Positions 25,007 through 33,224 of a stretch of 64,000 nt of DNA are shown here, piece by piece. Position 1 is the stretch's first letter; the number at the start of each line of letters is the position of its first letter. Below the pieces are notes generated by a model. The model was not told the origin of the DNA and searched no databases. It saw only the letters and a program-made list of their open reading frames with translations. The stretch covers positions 45,031-109,030 of the forward strand of contig JAZSJH010000007.1 of NCBI GenBank assembly GCA_045534265.1, in the 5' to 3' direction. This stretch comes from Clostridia bacterium (lineage in GTDB: Bacteria; Bacillota; Clostridia; Christensenellales; UBA1242). Both the position numbers and the translations under genes were made by a program.

Positions 25007-26113
25007 CTAAATTAATCTAAACCTTAGTAGTGATGGGTTGTGGTCAGAATATTGAAAGTCTGTGTCGATATTTTCGATAAGGACGGTTTCGATATTTGAT
25101 GAACAAATAAACCCGTCTATAACAACAGTATAAGTTTTGCCTTTTTCATATTTAACATCAGTTGCTCTGCAGGTAGGGGCATTGGTTGTAGAGACAAATC
25201 TATATCCACTAGCAAGATTATCATTACTCAAAGAATAAACCCACTCTGGTTTTTTGAATTCAGATTCCCATAGGTCTGAGCTGTTGGCAATATCGTGGTT
25301 AAAATCGCCACCAACTACAACATAATTTCCTTTTGTGTTTTCTTCGGTCAAAATTGAGTTTAGAAAATCTAGTTGTTTTTTTCTAATAACTCCGCCCTTG
25401 TCGTAAGCGCTCAAATGGGCATTTATAATAACAAGTTCTTTTTCGCTGCTGCTAATTGGTAGACGTGTTACCTGAATACATCTATCCAAATCAAAAAACT
25501 TAGTTGGAAAACTATTGTCAATAGGCAAACTTCTTCTTGTAGCAGAAGAAATATTGTATTTGCTCATGGTTACTATTCCGGCATCTGTTTTCCCATGTGG
25601 ACGGAAGATAGGATAGAATAAAAATGCAGAATGAAAATTCATTGATATTGAAGAAGAGTAGTTTTCAAAGTTGTTTTGTATATGCTTGTATTGATTGTAT
25701 TTATGGCTACGAGTGGCCTTAACGTCAACTTCTTGGAACAATGCAAAATCCACATTTTCATTTACGATAGTATTTACAGCGCCGGTTGTGTTGTCGATAA
25801 CTGTTTGTTTATTTTTAGCAACACTTCCCGTTCCTTGAGTTTTTTTGCCATCAAGTTTTACGCCGCTATCCATAAAGAACGAAAAATCATGAGAGTAAGC
25901 CCCAAAGCCAATGTTATACGTTGCAATACTATACTCATCTCCAATATTTATAACGCTGGACTGATTGTTTTCTATAGTGATAGCGAAGTTGTCATCTATG
26001 CGATCGTATTGGATACAAACATATGCAATATAACTTCCAACAACGGCAATAATAACTGCCATAATAATAGCAAAAACTTTAAGTAAAACTTTCCACCAAA
26101 CTGTCTTTTTCAT
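25007..26113 (-). CDS. Membrane-anchored endonuclease/exonuclease/phosphatase (EEP) family protein
   Basis: Start at MKKTVWWKVLLKVFAIIMAVIIAVV (GGAG SD). EEP motifs LFQEVD, GGDFNHD and SDHNP. Confidence 0.8.
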   Translation of the reverse strand: MKKTVWWKVLLKVFAIIMAVIIAVVGSYIAYVCIQYDRIDDNFAITIENNQSSVINIGDEYSIATYNIGFGAYSHDFSFFMDSGVKLDGKKTQGTGSVAKNKQTVIDNTTGAVNTIVNENVDFALFQEVDVKATRSHKYNQYKHIQNNFENYSSSISMNFHSAFLFYPIFRPHGKTDAGIVTMSKYNISSATRRSLPIDNSFPTKFFDLDRCIQVTRLPISSSEKELVIINAHLSAYDKGGVIRKKQLDFLNSILTEENTKGNYVVVGGDFNHDIANSSDLWESEFKKPEWVYSLSNDNLASGYRFVSTTNAPTCRATDVKYEKGKTYTVVIDGFICSSNIETVLIENIDTDFQYSDHNPSLLRFRLI

Positions 26114-26233
26114 AAGCGCTCCTTTATATCTTGTTTTTATCATTATATCATATAAATAAATTATAAAAAAAACAAATAACACCACTTATTTTTTAGTATA
26201 TAAAAATTTTATAACATTTAATATGTGGGACAC

Positions 26234-26265
26234 AAAAAAAAGAGTTGCATTTTTATAGCAACTCT
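26234..26265 (-). terminator. Terminator of the HD-domain gene
   Basis: AGAGTTGC-9 nt-GCAACTCT followed on the minus strand by T7. Confidence 0.7.
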
Positions 26266-26290
26266 TTAATTTGGTAAAATAGGTTTATAT

Positions 26291-26989
26291 CTATTGTTCT
26301 TGTGGCTTTGGGGTGTGGATTTTTGTTTGCATTTTTTCCATAACATCAAGAAGGTGTAAAGACTCTCCAGTCATCTCTGGATTTTGAGCTTTGTTATCGG
26401 CTCTTCCCACCATTATAAGCTCTTCCAAAAGTTGTTTACCATCGCCGACCTTGCCAAGCTCACTTTCTTGTTGTCTTATATAACTTTTGGTCAAAACTCT
26501 ATGATATGGGTTGTGGTCATCTTCTAAAGTCAAAAACATAAAAATATCGTGGTTTTCAACCAAGGCTTGAATCTCTTTGCTTTGGTCGACATCAAAACCG
26601 AAATCATTTTCCAAAACTCTTTTTGCGATATCTACACTAGCTAGGTTGTGGTTGTAAAAACTATCAACTTCTCTTTTGTATAGTTTTGAGTATCTGCGAA
26701 TATATTTTTCGGGCTTTCCCATATCGTGTAAAAACATAGTGTATGCAAGCTTTCTTTGGGTGTTAAATGGCAAATTCTTTGTTTGTTTGTTAATTTCTTC
26801 TACCGAATGTAAAATATGGTCTAAACAATCATATATATGCCAAGGATTGTCTTGCTTTTGATTTTTGCAAGCTTCTACTTCTGGCAAAACGGAAGTTAGC
26901 CATGCCTTAAATTCGGGGTTGTTATATGACCTATAAAAATCAGCAACTACATCTTGGCTAAGCAAAATTTCATCTAGTTTCTTTAGCAT
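26291..26989 (-). CDS. HD-domain phosphohydrolase
   Basis: 232 aa. H...HD motif (LHSVEE.., FLHDMGK) and a downstream D. AGGAG SD. Confidence 0.7.
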   Translation of the reverse strand: MLKKLDEILLSQDVVADFYRSYNNPEFKAWLTSVLPEVEACKNQKQDNPWHIYDCLDHILHSVEEINKQTKNLPFNTQRKLAYTMFLHDMGKPEKYIRRYSKLYKREVDSFYNHNLASVDIAKRVLENDFGFDVDQSKEIQALVENHDIFMFLTLEDDHNPYHRVLTKSYIRQQESELGKVGDGKQLLEELIMVGRADNKAQNPEMTGESLHLLDVMEKMQTKIHTPKPQEQ

Positions 26990-27043
26990 AAAATATCTCC
27001 TATATATATCTATTATAACATATTACGATTAACTTAACAATAA

Positions 27044-27070
27044 TAAAAAAATGACCAAACTTTAGGTCAT
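27044..27070 (-). terminator. Terminator of the HD/thioesterase/nucleotidyltransferase operon
   Basis: ATGACC-8 nt-GGTCAT extended by A/T pairs. T-run on the minus strand. Confidence 0.65.
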
Positions 27071-27076
27071 TTTTTG

Positions 27077-27841
27077 TTATACATCTTCATTACTTTTGAA
27101 TGTAAATGTTGAAATATCAAAATTATGTTTTTCAAGAAGACTATTTGCTAGCGTTGAGTATGCATCAAATCTTTCTTGTTTTGTTTTGCCAAGGATAGAC
27201 TGAGTAACCAAGTTTTTTAGAGCTTCGTCTTTTATTTCTTCAAGAAGATATTTTTGTCTTGTGATAGGGTTTTGGATATGGCCTAATACAGTTTTTGCAT
27301 TATAAGGAATTTTTCTATCCCAAAACACAAAAGAAAGTAAAGAGTTTAGTTTGTTGTAGTATATAAAATCAAAGTCAGCTCTATCATCTTCTAATATACC
27401 TTGAAGGTCGTCCAAGCTATCCCACAAGCCGTATAATCCTAGTGGGAATGGAGTAGTGTCAACATCTTCAAAGTTTTTTGCTAGCCCCGCTTTTGCAAGA
27501 TTTTTTAGTTCCATTGCATCACCGGTTTTGTCTAACAAAATCTCTCCGGTTGCGAATTGAACTTGGCTCATAGGTCTTATAGACTTGTAGTCTTCTTCAA
27601 AGTATTTTAATATTTGTCTTTTGGTGTTAGAAAAATATTCGATAAGTAGCCCGTCAACAATGCGATTTCCTCTTTCTCTATACTTGCATTTTTCGTCCAA
27701 AATCAAGTGCACATCAAGGTCGCTGTGGCTGTTTGGGTGTCCTGTAACATAGCTTCCGCAAGCAACTATAGCCACAACATCATCTTTGTGCTCAAAAGTT
27801 TCTAAAAATTTATAAAATTTATTTTTTATTTGTTTATCCAT
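27077..27841 (-). CDS. Nucleotidyltransferase-domain protein (Pol-beta superfamily, KNTase-like)
   Basis: 254 aa. Motif ACGSYVTGHPNSHSDLDVHL (GS..DxD) followed by a helical C-terminal domain. Confidence 0.65.
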   Translation of the reverse strand: MDKQIKNKFYKFLETFEHKDDVVAIVACGSYVTGHPNSHSDLDVHLILDEKCKYRERGNRIVDGLLIEYFSNTKRQILKYFEEDYKSIRPMSQVQFATGEILLDKTGDAMELKNLAKAGLAKNFEDVDTTPFPLGLYGLWDSLDDLQGILEDDRADFDFIYYNKLNSLLSFVFWDRKIPYNAKTVLGHIQNPITRQKYLLEEIKDEALKNLVTQSILGKTKQERFDAYSTLANSLLEKHNFDISTFTFKSNEDV

Positions 27842-27856
27842 AAAAAAATCTCCATT

Positions 27857-28567
27857 TTATTTTGTCATTGAAACAAAAGCGGTTTTATCGCCATTTTTGC
27901 CAATGACATATTCGCAATTTTCAGCTTTGTAATGACAAACATCTATAGTGTCGCCTTCTAAACATTCGGAGACAAAATTTATTTCAAAATGTGTAGGAGT
28001 TTTGCTTTCTATGCAAGATGCAACAAGATTTGCATAGTTTGTGTTGTTCATATGACCATTGTGGTCTAGGTCGCAAAATCTAACAGGGTAGTCAAAGCTG
28101 TGGTCAAAAGTCACATCTTGTGGAAGTGTAACTTTTACAAATTTATCTTCATAATTTTTTACGCCAATGCAAACCCCATTGTAGTTTATATTGTCCGTTC
28201 TTTGTAAAGACCTTGTAAGGGTATCTATAACACACCACTTAGATGTTGCTATAACATAAACATCACCATTAAGACTTGAGATTTTCATATCTCTATCAAA
28301 GTCTATTCTGCCTTTTTCGTGGGGCCAAGTTTCAACAATAACAGTTTCGTCAATGTCTGGCATTTTGATTATGTCAAACTTTATTCGGCTAAGTATCCAA
28401 TAGATATTTTGACTAAGCATTGCCTTATATCCAATGCCTATTTCTTCGGCATGAATAGACGCTACATCTTGAAAAATATTCAAAATAGCCTTCAAAGATA
28501 AATTGTTGTTTTTATCAAAATAACTATTATAGAGTGTTATCTTAGTTGTATATTTAAGTTCGCTCAT
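27857..28567 (-). CDS. Acyl-ACP thioesterase
   Basis: 236 aa. Double hot-dog pattern with YWILSRIKFDI and DLDHNGHMNNTNYANL, typical of the acyl-ACP thioesterase family. Confidence 0.75.
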   Translation of the reverse strand: MSELKYTTKITLYNSYFDKNNNLSLKAILNIFQDVASIHAEEIGIGYKAMLSQNIYWILSRIKFDIIKMPDIDETVIVETWPHEKGRIDFDRDMKISSLNGDVYVIATSKWCVIDTLTRSLQRTDNINYNGVCIGVKNYEDKFVKVTLPQDVTFDHSFDYPVRFCDLDHNGHMNNTNYANLVASCIESKTPTHFEINFVSECLEGDTIDVCHYKAENCEYVIGKNGDKTAFVSMTK

Positions 28568-28578
28568 ATTTTGTCCTT

Positions 28579-29142
28579 TTAGAATAAAACATTCATTATG
28601 CTGTTATATTTTTCTTTTGCATATTCTTGTGTTTGCCTGCTCATTTTGGCATAGCTTTTTTTGATTTTATTCTTAACAAAATTATTTGCAGTCATTATAT
28701 CTTCGCCAAGATATGCTCTCCAACAAATAAGCTCAACAAAACTATCAAGATGGCTCAAAGCATCCGCGTCTGCAACACAAATCTCTTCTATGCTAAACTT
28801 CTCTTTAACAACACTTGCTCTGTGGTTTATGATGCATTTTTTTACTTTTTCTACAAAGATTTCATCAAAACCATCTTGAACAAGAACTGCCTCTGCAAGT
28901 TCTGCGCCCATAATGTGGTGGTTGTCGCGATTGGCAAAATCAAGCAAATCGGCATAGTCGTGGAATATCGCCGCAACTTCTACAATATCTCTATCAGCGC
29001 CATATTTTTCGGCAAGCATTATTGCGTTTTTGATTACAGGTAGCAAGTGGTAATCCCAAGTTTGACCTATATTGCAATTTTGAGTTTTGTCAAAAACTTC
29101 TGCTTGGGCTTTGATTAAATCATAATATTTTTTGTACTTCAT
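28579..29142 (-). CDS. HD-domain phosphohydrolase
   Basis: 187 aa with the HD motif AAIFHDYAD and further H/D residues. GAGGA SD. Confidence 0.7.
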   Translation of the reverse strand: MKYKKYYDLIKAQAEVFDKTQNCNIGQTWDYHLLPVIKNAIMLAEKYGADRDIVEVAAIFHDYADLLDFANRDNHHIMGAELAEAVLVQDGFDEIFVEKVKKCIINHRASVVKEKFSIEEICVADADALSHLDSFVELICWRAYLGEDIMTANNFVKNKIKKSYAKMSRQTQEYAKEKYNSIMNVLF

Positions 29143-29165
29143 AAGTTTATCCTCAATATGTAAAT

Positions 29166-29174
29166 ATTATATCA
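29166..29174 (-). promoter_or_regulatory. Extended -10 element of the HD/thioesterase/NTase operon
   Basis: Minus strand TGaTATAAT, about 24 nt upstream of the ATG at 29142. Confidence 0.45.
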
Positions 29175-29210
29175 TAGATTGTGACCATAAAAAACAAAAA
29201 GAAGAAAAAA

Positions 29211-29303
29211 TTATTTTTCTTCCATATCTGTTTCTTTGTATAATGTAACGACAAAAGTTGTTCCTTTGTTTTCTTGAGATTTTACTGTAATTTTGCCGTT
29301 TTT
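29211..29303 (-). pseudogene. Remnant of the 3' end of a sensor histidine kinase gene (HATPase_c tail)
   Basis: Immediately after the Nudix TAA the same frame reads KNGKITVKSQENKGTTFVVTLYKETDMEEK*. This matches the G-x-I-x-V-x-S-x-x-x-K-G-T-T-F-x-x-x-L ending of histidine kinases. No start codon, SD or upstream kinase sequence is present. Confidence 0.6.
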
Positions 29304-29768
29304 TTAATCAAGTTTTATTCCATAAGTTACAAATTCTGCCACGTTTGCCAGCATTTCTTCTTTTGATATTTCAATGCTTTTTGTGTTTTGGCTAAACTCG
29401 CCCTCAAGCCCAAGTTTTGTATTGTCCCCATAGCTTACAAAAGTTGTTAAAAATATCTCTGCGTGATTTTTTATATCAAATTTTTTGCCCTTGTATTCCC
29501 AGCTACTAAAATACTCAAAAGAGCCCAAAGATTTTATTACCCTTGCATTAATGTTTAACTCTTCTAATATTTCTCGAACTACAGCATCTTCGGCTTTTTC
29601 GCCATCTTCTATGCTGCCACCAGCAATGCAATATTTATATTTTCCTTTGTCGCAAGTAAGGCATATATACTTTCCGTCTTTTTCCACTACGGCATAAGCT
29701 TTTTGAATGGCTTTGTTTTGTTTGTGTAGTTTATAAAGGCGTTTTACTTTTTCTTCAAAATAACTCAT
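29304..29768 (-). CDS. Nudix hydrolase
   Basis: 154 aa. Nudix box GGSIEDGEKAEDAVVREILEELNI. AAGGAG SD. Confidence 0.8.
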   Translation of the reverse strand: MSYFEEKVKRLYKLHKQNKAIQKAYAVVEKDGKYICLTCDKGKYKYCIAGGSIEDGEKAEDAVVREILEELNINARVIKSLGSFEYFSSWEYKGKKFDIKNHAEIFLTTFVSYGDNTKLGLEGEFSQNTKSIEISKEEMLANVAEFVTYGIKLD

Positions 29769-29906
29769 AGATTGCTCCTTTAATTATAAAGATATTTTAA
29801 CATATTTTAGCCTTATATAATAGCAATTGCACAAAAATTCTAAAAATGTTTTGTGTTTGTTTTGAAAGTAGATTTTTATATAATATAATAATGATAGGAG
29901 AAAAAT

Positions 29907-30563
29907 ATGGACAAAACAGTATTTTATGACATCTCATACGGAATGTATGTAGTAACTACAAAAGAAAAAGATAAAAATATCGGTTGTATAGCAAATTCAT
30001 TCTGCCAAATAACATCAGCAGATAATGTTGTTTCAATCAGCTTAAATAAAGATAATTATACAAACAAAGTAATTAAAGAAAGTAAAAAATACGCACTATC
30101 TATCATCTCTGAAAAAACAAATCCAGAGCTAATAGGAAAGTTTGGATTTTTTAGTTCAAAAGACGTGGATAAGTTTGAAAAATTTGACTACGAAGAAATT
30201 GCAGGATTGCCGGTTGTAAAAGAAAACTGCAGCGGATATGTTATTTGCGAAGTTTTTGATATTGTAGATTGCGGAACTCACGATATTTTTTTAGCAAAAG
30301 TAATAGATGGAAATAGATTTAATAACAACGCCCCAATGACATATAGCTATTACCACAAGGTAATAAAGGGCAAAGCTCCAGAAAAAGCGCCTCACTATAT
30401 CGCTGAAGAAAAGGCTACCACCGAAGGCAAAAAGTACGAATGTTCTTTCTGTGGATATATCTATGATGAAAATGCCGAAGGAGTACCTTTTGCAGATTTG
30501 CCAGATGATTATAAATGCCCAATATGTGGTATGAAAAAATCAGTATTTAAGGAAGTAAAATAA
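29907..30563 (+). CDS. Flavin reductase-like domain fused to rubredoxin (high-molecular-weight rubredoxin type)
   Basis: 218 aa. N-terminal flavin reductase-like pattern and C-terminal rubredoxin with two CxxC pairs (CSFCGYIY...CPICG). AGGAG SD. Confidence 0.8.
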   Translation: MDKTVFYDISYGMYVVTTKEKDKNIGCIANSFCQITSADNVVSISLNKDNYTNKVIKESKKYALSIISEKTNPELIGKFGFFSSKDVDKFEKFDYEEIAGLPVVKENCSGYVICEVFDIVDCGTHDIFLAKVIDGNRFNNNAPMTYSYYHKVIKGKAPEKAPHYIAEEKATTEGKKYECSFCGYIYDENAEGVPFADLPDDYKCPICGMKKSVFKEVK

Positions 30564-30565
30564 TA

Positions 30566-30599
30566 TAAAAAAGCCTGCTTATAAAAAAGCAGGTTTTTT
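30566..30599. terminator. Bidirectional terminator (rubredoxin-fusion gene and tRNA-Arg)
   Basis: CCTGCTT-ataaaa-AAGCAGG flanked by an A-run and T6. Confidence 0.75.
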
Positions 30600-30602
30600 G
30601 TT

Positions 30603-30677
30603 TGGTGCTTCCAGAAGGACTCGAACCCTCCTCAATGGTTCCGAAGACCATTGTGTTATCCACTACACTATGGAAGC
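30603..30677 (-). tRNA. tRNA-Arg (anticodon UCG), CCA encoded
   Basis: Reverse complement folds as GCTTCCA TA GTGT AGTGGATA ACAC A ATGGT CTTCGGA ACCAT TGAG GAGGG TTCGAGT CCTTC TGGAAGC A CCA. Confidence 0.9.
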
Positions 30678-30857
30678 AGGTGGTAATTTGGACTAAAAAA
30701 TGCTCAGTGAAAGGCTAAAAAATATTTCTTATGCCAATTTCTGCTTTGATTATAACATATTTTGCAATAAGTTTATTATAAATATCGTAAAAAAATCGCT
30801 ATTTTTGAGCAAAAAACAGCATTTTATTTGTAAAAAAGCTTAATTTTTAGTTACATA

Positions 30858-30886
30858 TTGCAAAATGAAGTTATTTATGTTAAAAT
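30858..30886 (+). promoter_or_regulatory. Promoter of the 437-aa orphan gene
   Basis: TTGCAA (30858-30863), 17-nt spacer, TGtTAAAAT (30878-30886). Confidence 0.6.
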
Positions 30887-30914
30887 AAGTTAACAATAAA
30901 ATATGGAGGGAAGT

Positions 30915-32228
30915 ATGAGTAAAATTAAACTTAATGCTTTAAGTCCAGAAGAACAAATTGATGTTTTATCAAGAGTTTATATAAGAGAGGTTACAAAACC
31001 TGTCAACAAATGGCTATCTGGTTCTGTTCGCAGAGCGGGTGGCGAATACAATGCTCAGCTTAATATGGGCAAAGTAAAAAACATGTTTTTGAGTGGTAGT
31101 ATGGAAGCAAATGACTTTGCATACGCTGTAGGCAACTCAAAATACGAAACAAACAGATTTTCTGTTGTTGGTGGATTGTATAACTATATCTACCGCAGTC
31201 GTCTTATTGACGAATTAAGAAACAATTACAGTGTAGAAAGAGGCATTTCTAGAGCATATGGTTATGTTAGAACATATGGCTACGAAGAGTTTTATACTTA
31301 TATGAAAAATGCCTTTGTTCCTACCAGCCCTTCATCTGTGGTTGACGAAGCAACTAGGTTTGGACAAACATCTGCAGGTAAATATATCTTAGATGAAACA
31401 ATTTCTACAAGCTCTATTACGCTAGAAGACTTTTCTAAAGAGCAAATAGCCGTTGTTAAAGAATATATGAAAGAAAAAGTTTCAAAGTATATGCAATCAA
31501 GAGGCTTTTCTACTCATGATATAGAAGGGGTGTTTAGCCATATTGATAGAATGAGAACAACTCCATATATAGATAAAAACAAAGGTCAAACCGAAGTTAA
31601 AAAACCAAGCAAGAAATTAGAAGGATTTTTAATCAGCTTACCGCAAACAGATTTAACAGCTATTCAAACAGAATACAAGGTTGAACCTACATCTCAAGCA
31701 GAGAGTTCTAAACCAGCTGTAGCAGCTCCTGTAAAAAATGAAGCAACAGGACTTACACTTGCAGAAGAGCTAGAACTAATGCGTGAACTTGACGAAAGCG
31801 AAAGTGTAATAGTAAAATCAACAGACGCATATGATAGTCAAGGAACTCCACTTTGCCAAAACCAAAAAGGCTTATACTGCTATGTAGATGGAACACCATT
31901 TAGGGGTGACACAATTTATGATGAGTATGGCGGCGTATATGAAGACCTAAAGACAGGTCTTGTATATGGAGCAAAAGAAAGAGCTATAGAAGAAGAGACC
32001 GAAGACGATATTGGTGACTTGTTCTTTGCTTCTCAAGAAGAAGATGACAACGTGCAAGTTGTTGACGGAGTTACATACAAAAATGGCTACATGGTAACAG
32101 ACGGTGGACATGTTATATCTCCAGAAGAATATCCTGACGAAGATGTTGAAGATACAAAACTTGACAAAGATAAATTTAAGCCATATTCAGGAACTCAAAT
32201 AGAAATGGATCTTGGTCCAAAACAATAA
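30915..32228 (+). CDS. Hypothetical protein with acidic C-terminal half, no recognisable domain
   Basis: Start at MSKIKLN (GGAGGG SD 5 nt upstream). 437 aa with no signal peptide or TM helix. Monocistronic, with its own promoter and terminator. Confidence 0.65.
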   Translation: MSKIKLNALSPEEQIDVLSRVYIREVTKPVNKWLSGSVRRAGGEYNAQLNMGKVKNMFLSGSMEANDFAYAVGNSKYETNRFSVVGGLYNYIYRSRLIDELRNNYSVERGISRAYGYVRTYGYEEFYTYMKNAFVPTSPSSVVDEATRFGQTSAGKYILDETISTSSITLEDFSKEQIAVVKEYMKEKVSKYMQSRGFSTHDIEGVFSHIDRMRTTPYIDKNKGQTEVKKPSKKLEGFLISLPQTDLTAIQTEYKVEPTSQAESSKPAVAAPVKNEATGLTLAEELELMRELDESESVIVKSTDAYDSQGTPLCQNQKGLYCYVDGTPFRGDTIYDEYGGVYEDLKTGLVYGAKERAIEEETEDDIGDLFFASQEEDDNVQVVDGVTYKNGYMVTDGGHVISPEEYPDEDVEDTKLDKDKFKPYSGTQIEMDLGPKQ

Positions 32229-32237
32229 TAATACAAA

Positions 32238-32267
32238 AGAGATTGAAAACGACAATCTCTTTTTTTT
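32238..32267 (+). terminator. Rho-independent terminator
   Basis: AGAGATTG-aaaacga-CAATCTCT followed by T7. Confidence 0.8.
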
Positions 32268-32280
32268 GTTTAATATATAA

Positions 32281-32309
32281 TTGCAAAACGCCTGTTTGTT
32301 TGTTATAAT
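32281..32309 (+). promoter_or_regulatory. Near-consensus promoter of the DUF951/lepB unit
   Basis: TTGCAA (32281-32286), 17-nt spacer, TGtTATAAT (32301-32309). Confidence 0.7.
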
Positions 32310-32331
32310 CTTGGTATAAGGTAAATAAATA

Positions 32332-32490
32332 ATGGAAGTTGGCGAAAAGATAAAAACAAAAAAAGTCCATCCTTGCGGAAATGATGAATGGGAAGTTTTG
32401 CGAGTAGGGGCAGATTTTAAGTTAAAATGCACAAAATGTGGACATATTATAATGATAGATAGTGAAAAATTCAAAAAAATGAGAAAGTAA
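32332..32490 (+). CDS. DUF951-family small protein (52 aa), not in the supplied ORF track
   Basis: MEVGEKIKTKKVHPCGNDEWEVLRVGADFKLKCTKCGHIIMIDSEKFKKMRK. The HPCG...W.V.R.GAD...C..CG pattern is typical of DUF951. The stop abuts the lepB ATG. Confidence 0.7.
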   Translation: MEVGEKIKTKKVHPCGNDEWEVLRVGADFKLKCTKCGHIIMIDSEKFKKMRK

Positions 32491-33150
32491 ATGAAAAAAG
32501 AAAAAACTAAAAAAACGCCTTGGCAAATATTTACAACTGTAGTGCTTTGCATTACTGTTTTTTTGCTGGTCGTTTTAACGGCTTTTAATATCTTTTTTTA
32601 CAAATCGCCTATTGTTGGGGTGTCAATGCAACCAACTTTTAATGCAGATTTGCAAGAAGGTAGACCAACAAGCGAATATGAAAAATCAAATATTAAAGAT
32701 AAAGCTTATGTTTATAGATTTGGCAAAGGTAAGCGTGGCGATATAATAATGGTTGAAGTTTTAGAAGATGGAAAACCAAAATTATTAATAAAAAGACTTG
32801 TTGCCATGCCAGGCGATAGTGTAGATATAAAACAAGACGAAACCGATAATGAGTATTATCTATATATAAACGGCGAAAAGCAAGAAGAAGAATATATCAA
32901 ACTAAGAAGCCGTATGAGTATCTGTGCCGAAAGCTTTAGAGCCTATAAAAATTCAAAAGGCATTGCAGAAAGCGACCCGCTTGTGCTTGGAGAAAACGAA
33001 GTCTTTGTTTTGGGTGACAACCGCGGAATGAGCAATGACAGCTCTTCATTTGGTCCTGTTGATAAAAGGTCAATAAAAGGCGTTGTAGCCTTTGTAGTTG
33101 GATATAAAGACAATCTTATCACTTATTTTTGGAAAAAGATTTTTGGCTAA
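32491..33150 (+). CDS. lepB: Signal peptidase I
   Basis: 219 aa. N-terminal TM helix, catalytic GVSMQPTF (Ser), KRLVAMPGD (Lys box) and GDNRGMSNDS. Confidence 0.85.
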   Translation: MKKEKTKKTPWQIFTTVVLCITVFLLVVLTAFNIFFYKSPIVGVSMQPTFNADLQEGRPTSEYEKSNIKDKAYVYRFGKGKRGDIIMVEVLEDGKPKLLIKRLVAMPGDSVDIKQDETDNEYYLYINGEKQEEEYIKLRSRMSICAESFRAYKNSKGIAESDPLVLGENEVFVLGDNRGMSNDSSSFGPVDKRSIKGVVAFVVGYKDNLITYFWKKIFG

Positions 33151-33192
33151 ACAAAAAATACAATAAATAAAAATGCAAAATAATAAATACGC

Positions 33193-33224
33193 AAAAAAAG
33201 ACTAACTAGTTGTTAGTCTTTTTT
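33193..33224. terminator. Bidirectional terminator between convergent lepB and radC
   Basis: GACTAAC-tagtt-GTTAGTC with an A-run left and a T-run right. The right arm contains the radC stop codon. Confidence 0.7.

Noticed and set aside
25676-26086. 136-aa plus-strand ORF opposite the EEP gene (likewise 28627-29043 opposite the HD gene and 49107-49547 opposite tex)
   Set aside because: They are shadow ORFs antisense to genes with clear catalytic motifs, with no ribosome-binding sites.
27077-27841. Calling the 254-aa nucleotidyltransferase an aminoglycoside or lincosamide resistance gene
   Set aside because: Only the generic Pol-beta GS...DxD motif and a similar size to KNTase are visible. 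There are no resistance-specific signatures and no mobile context, so the call stays generic.
9281-30677. Possibility that the two tRNA-Arg genes delimit a genomic island or integrated element
   Set aside because: No integrase, recombinase, transposase or phage gene lies between or next to them. I saw no direct repeat of a tRNA 3' end. The intervening genes (ldh, mscL, ABC transporter, rhomboid) look like ordinary chromosomal content.
32187-32552. 121-aa and 64-aa minus-strand ORFs across the DUF951/lepB start region
   Set aside because: They are antisense to a promoter, a recognisable DUF951 ORF and the lepB 5' end. Their sequence is hydrophobic low-complexity with no RBS.
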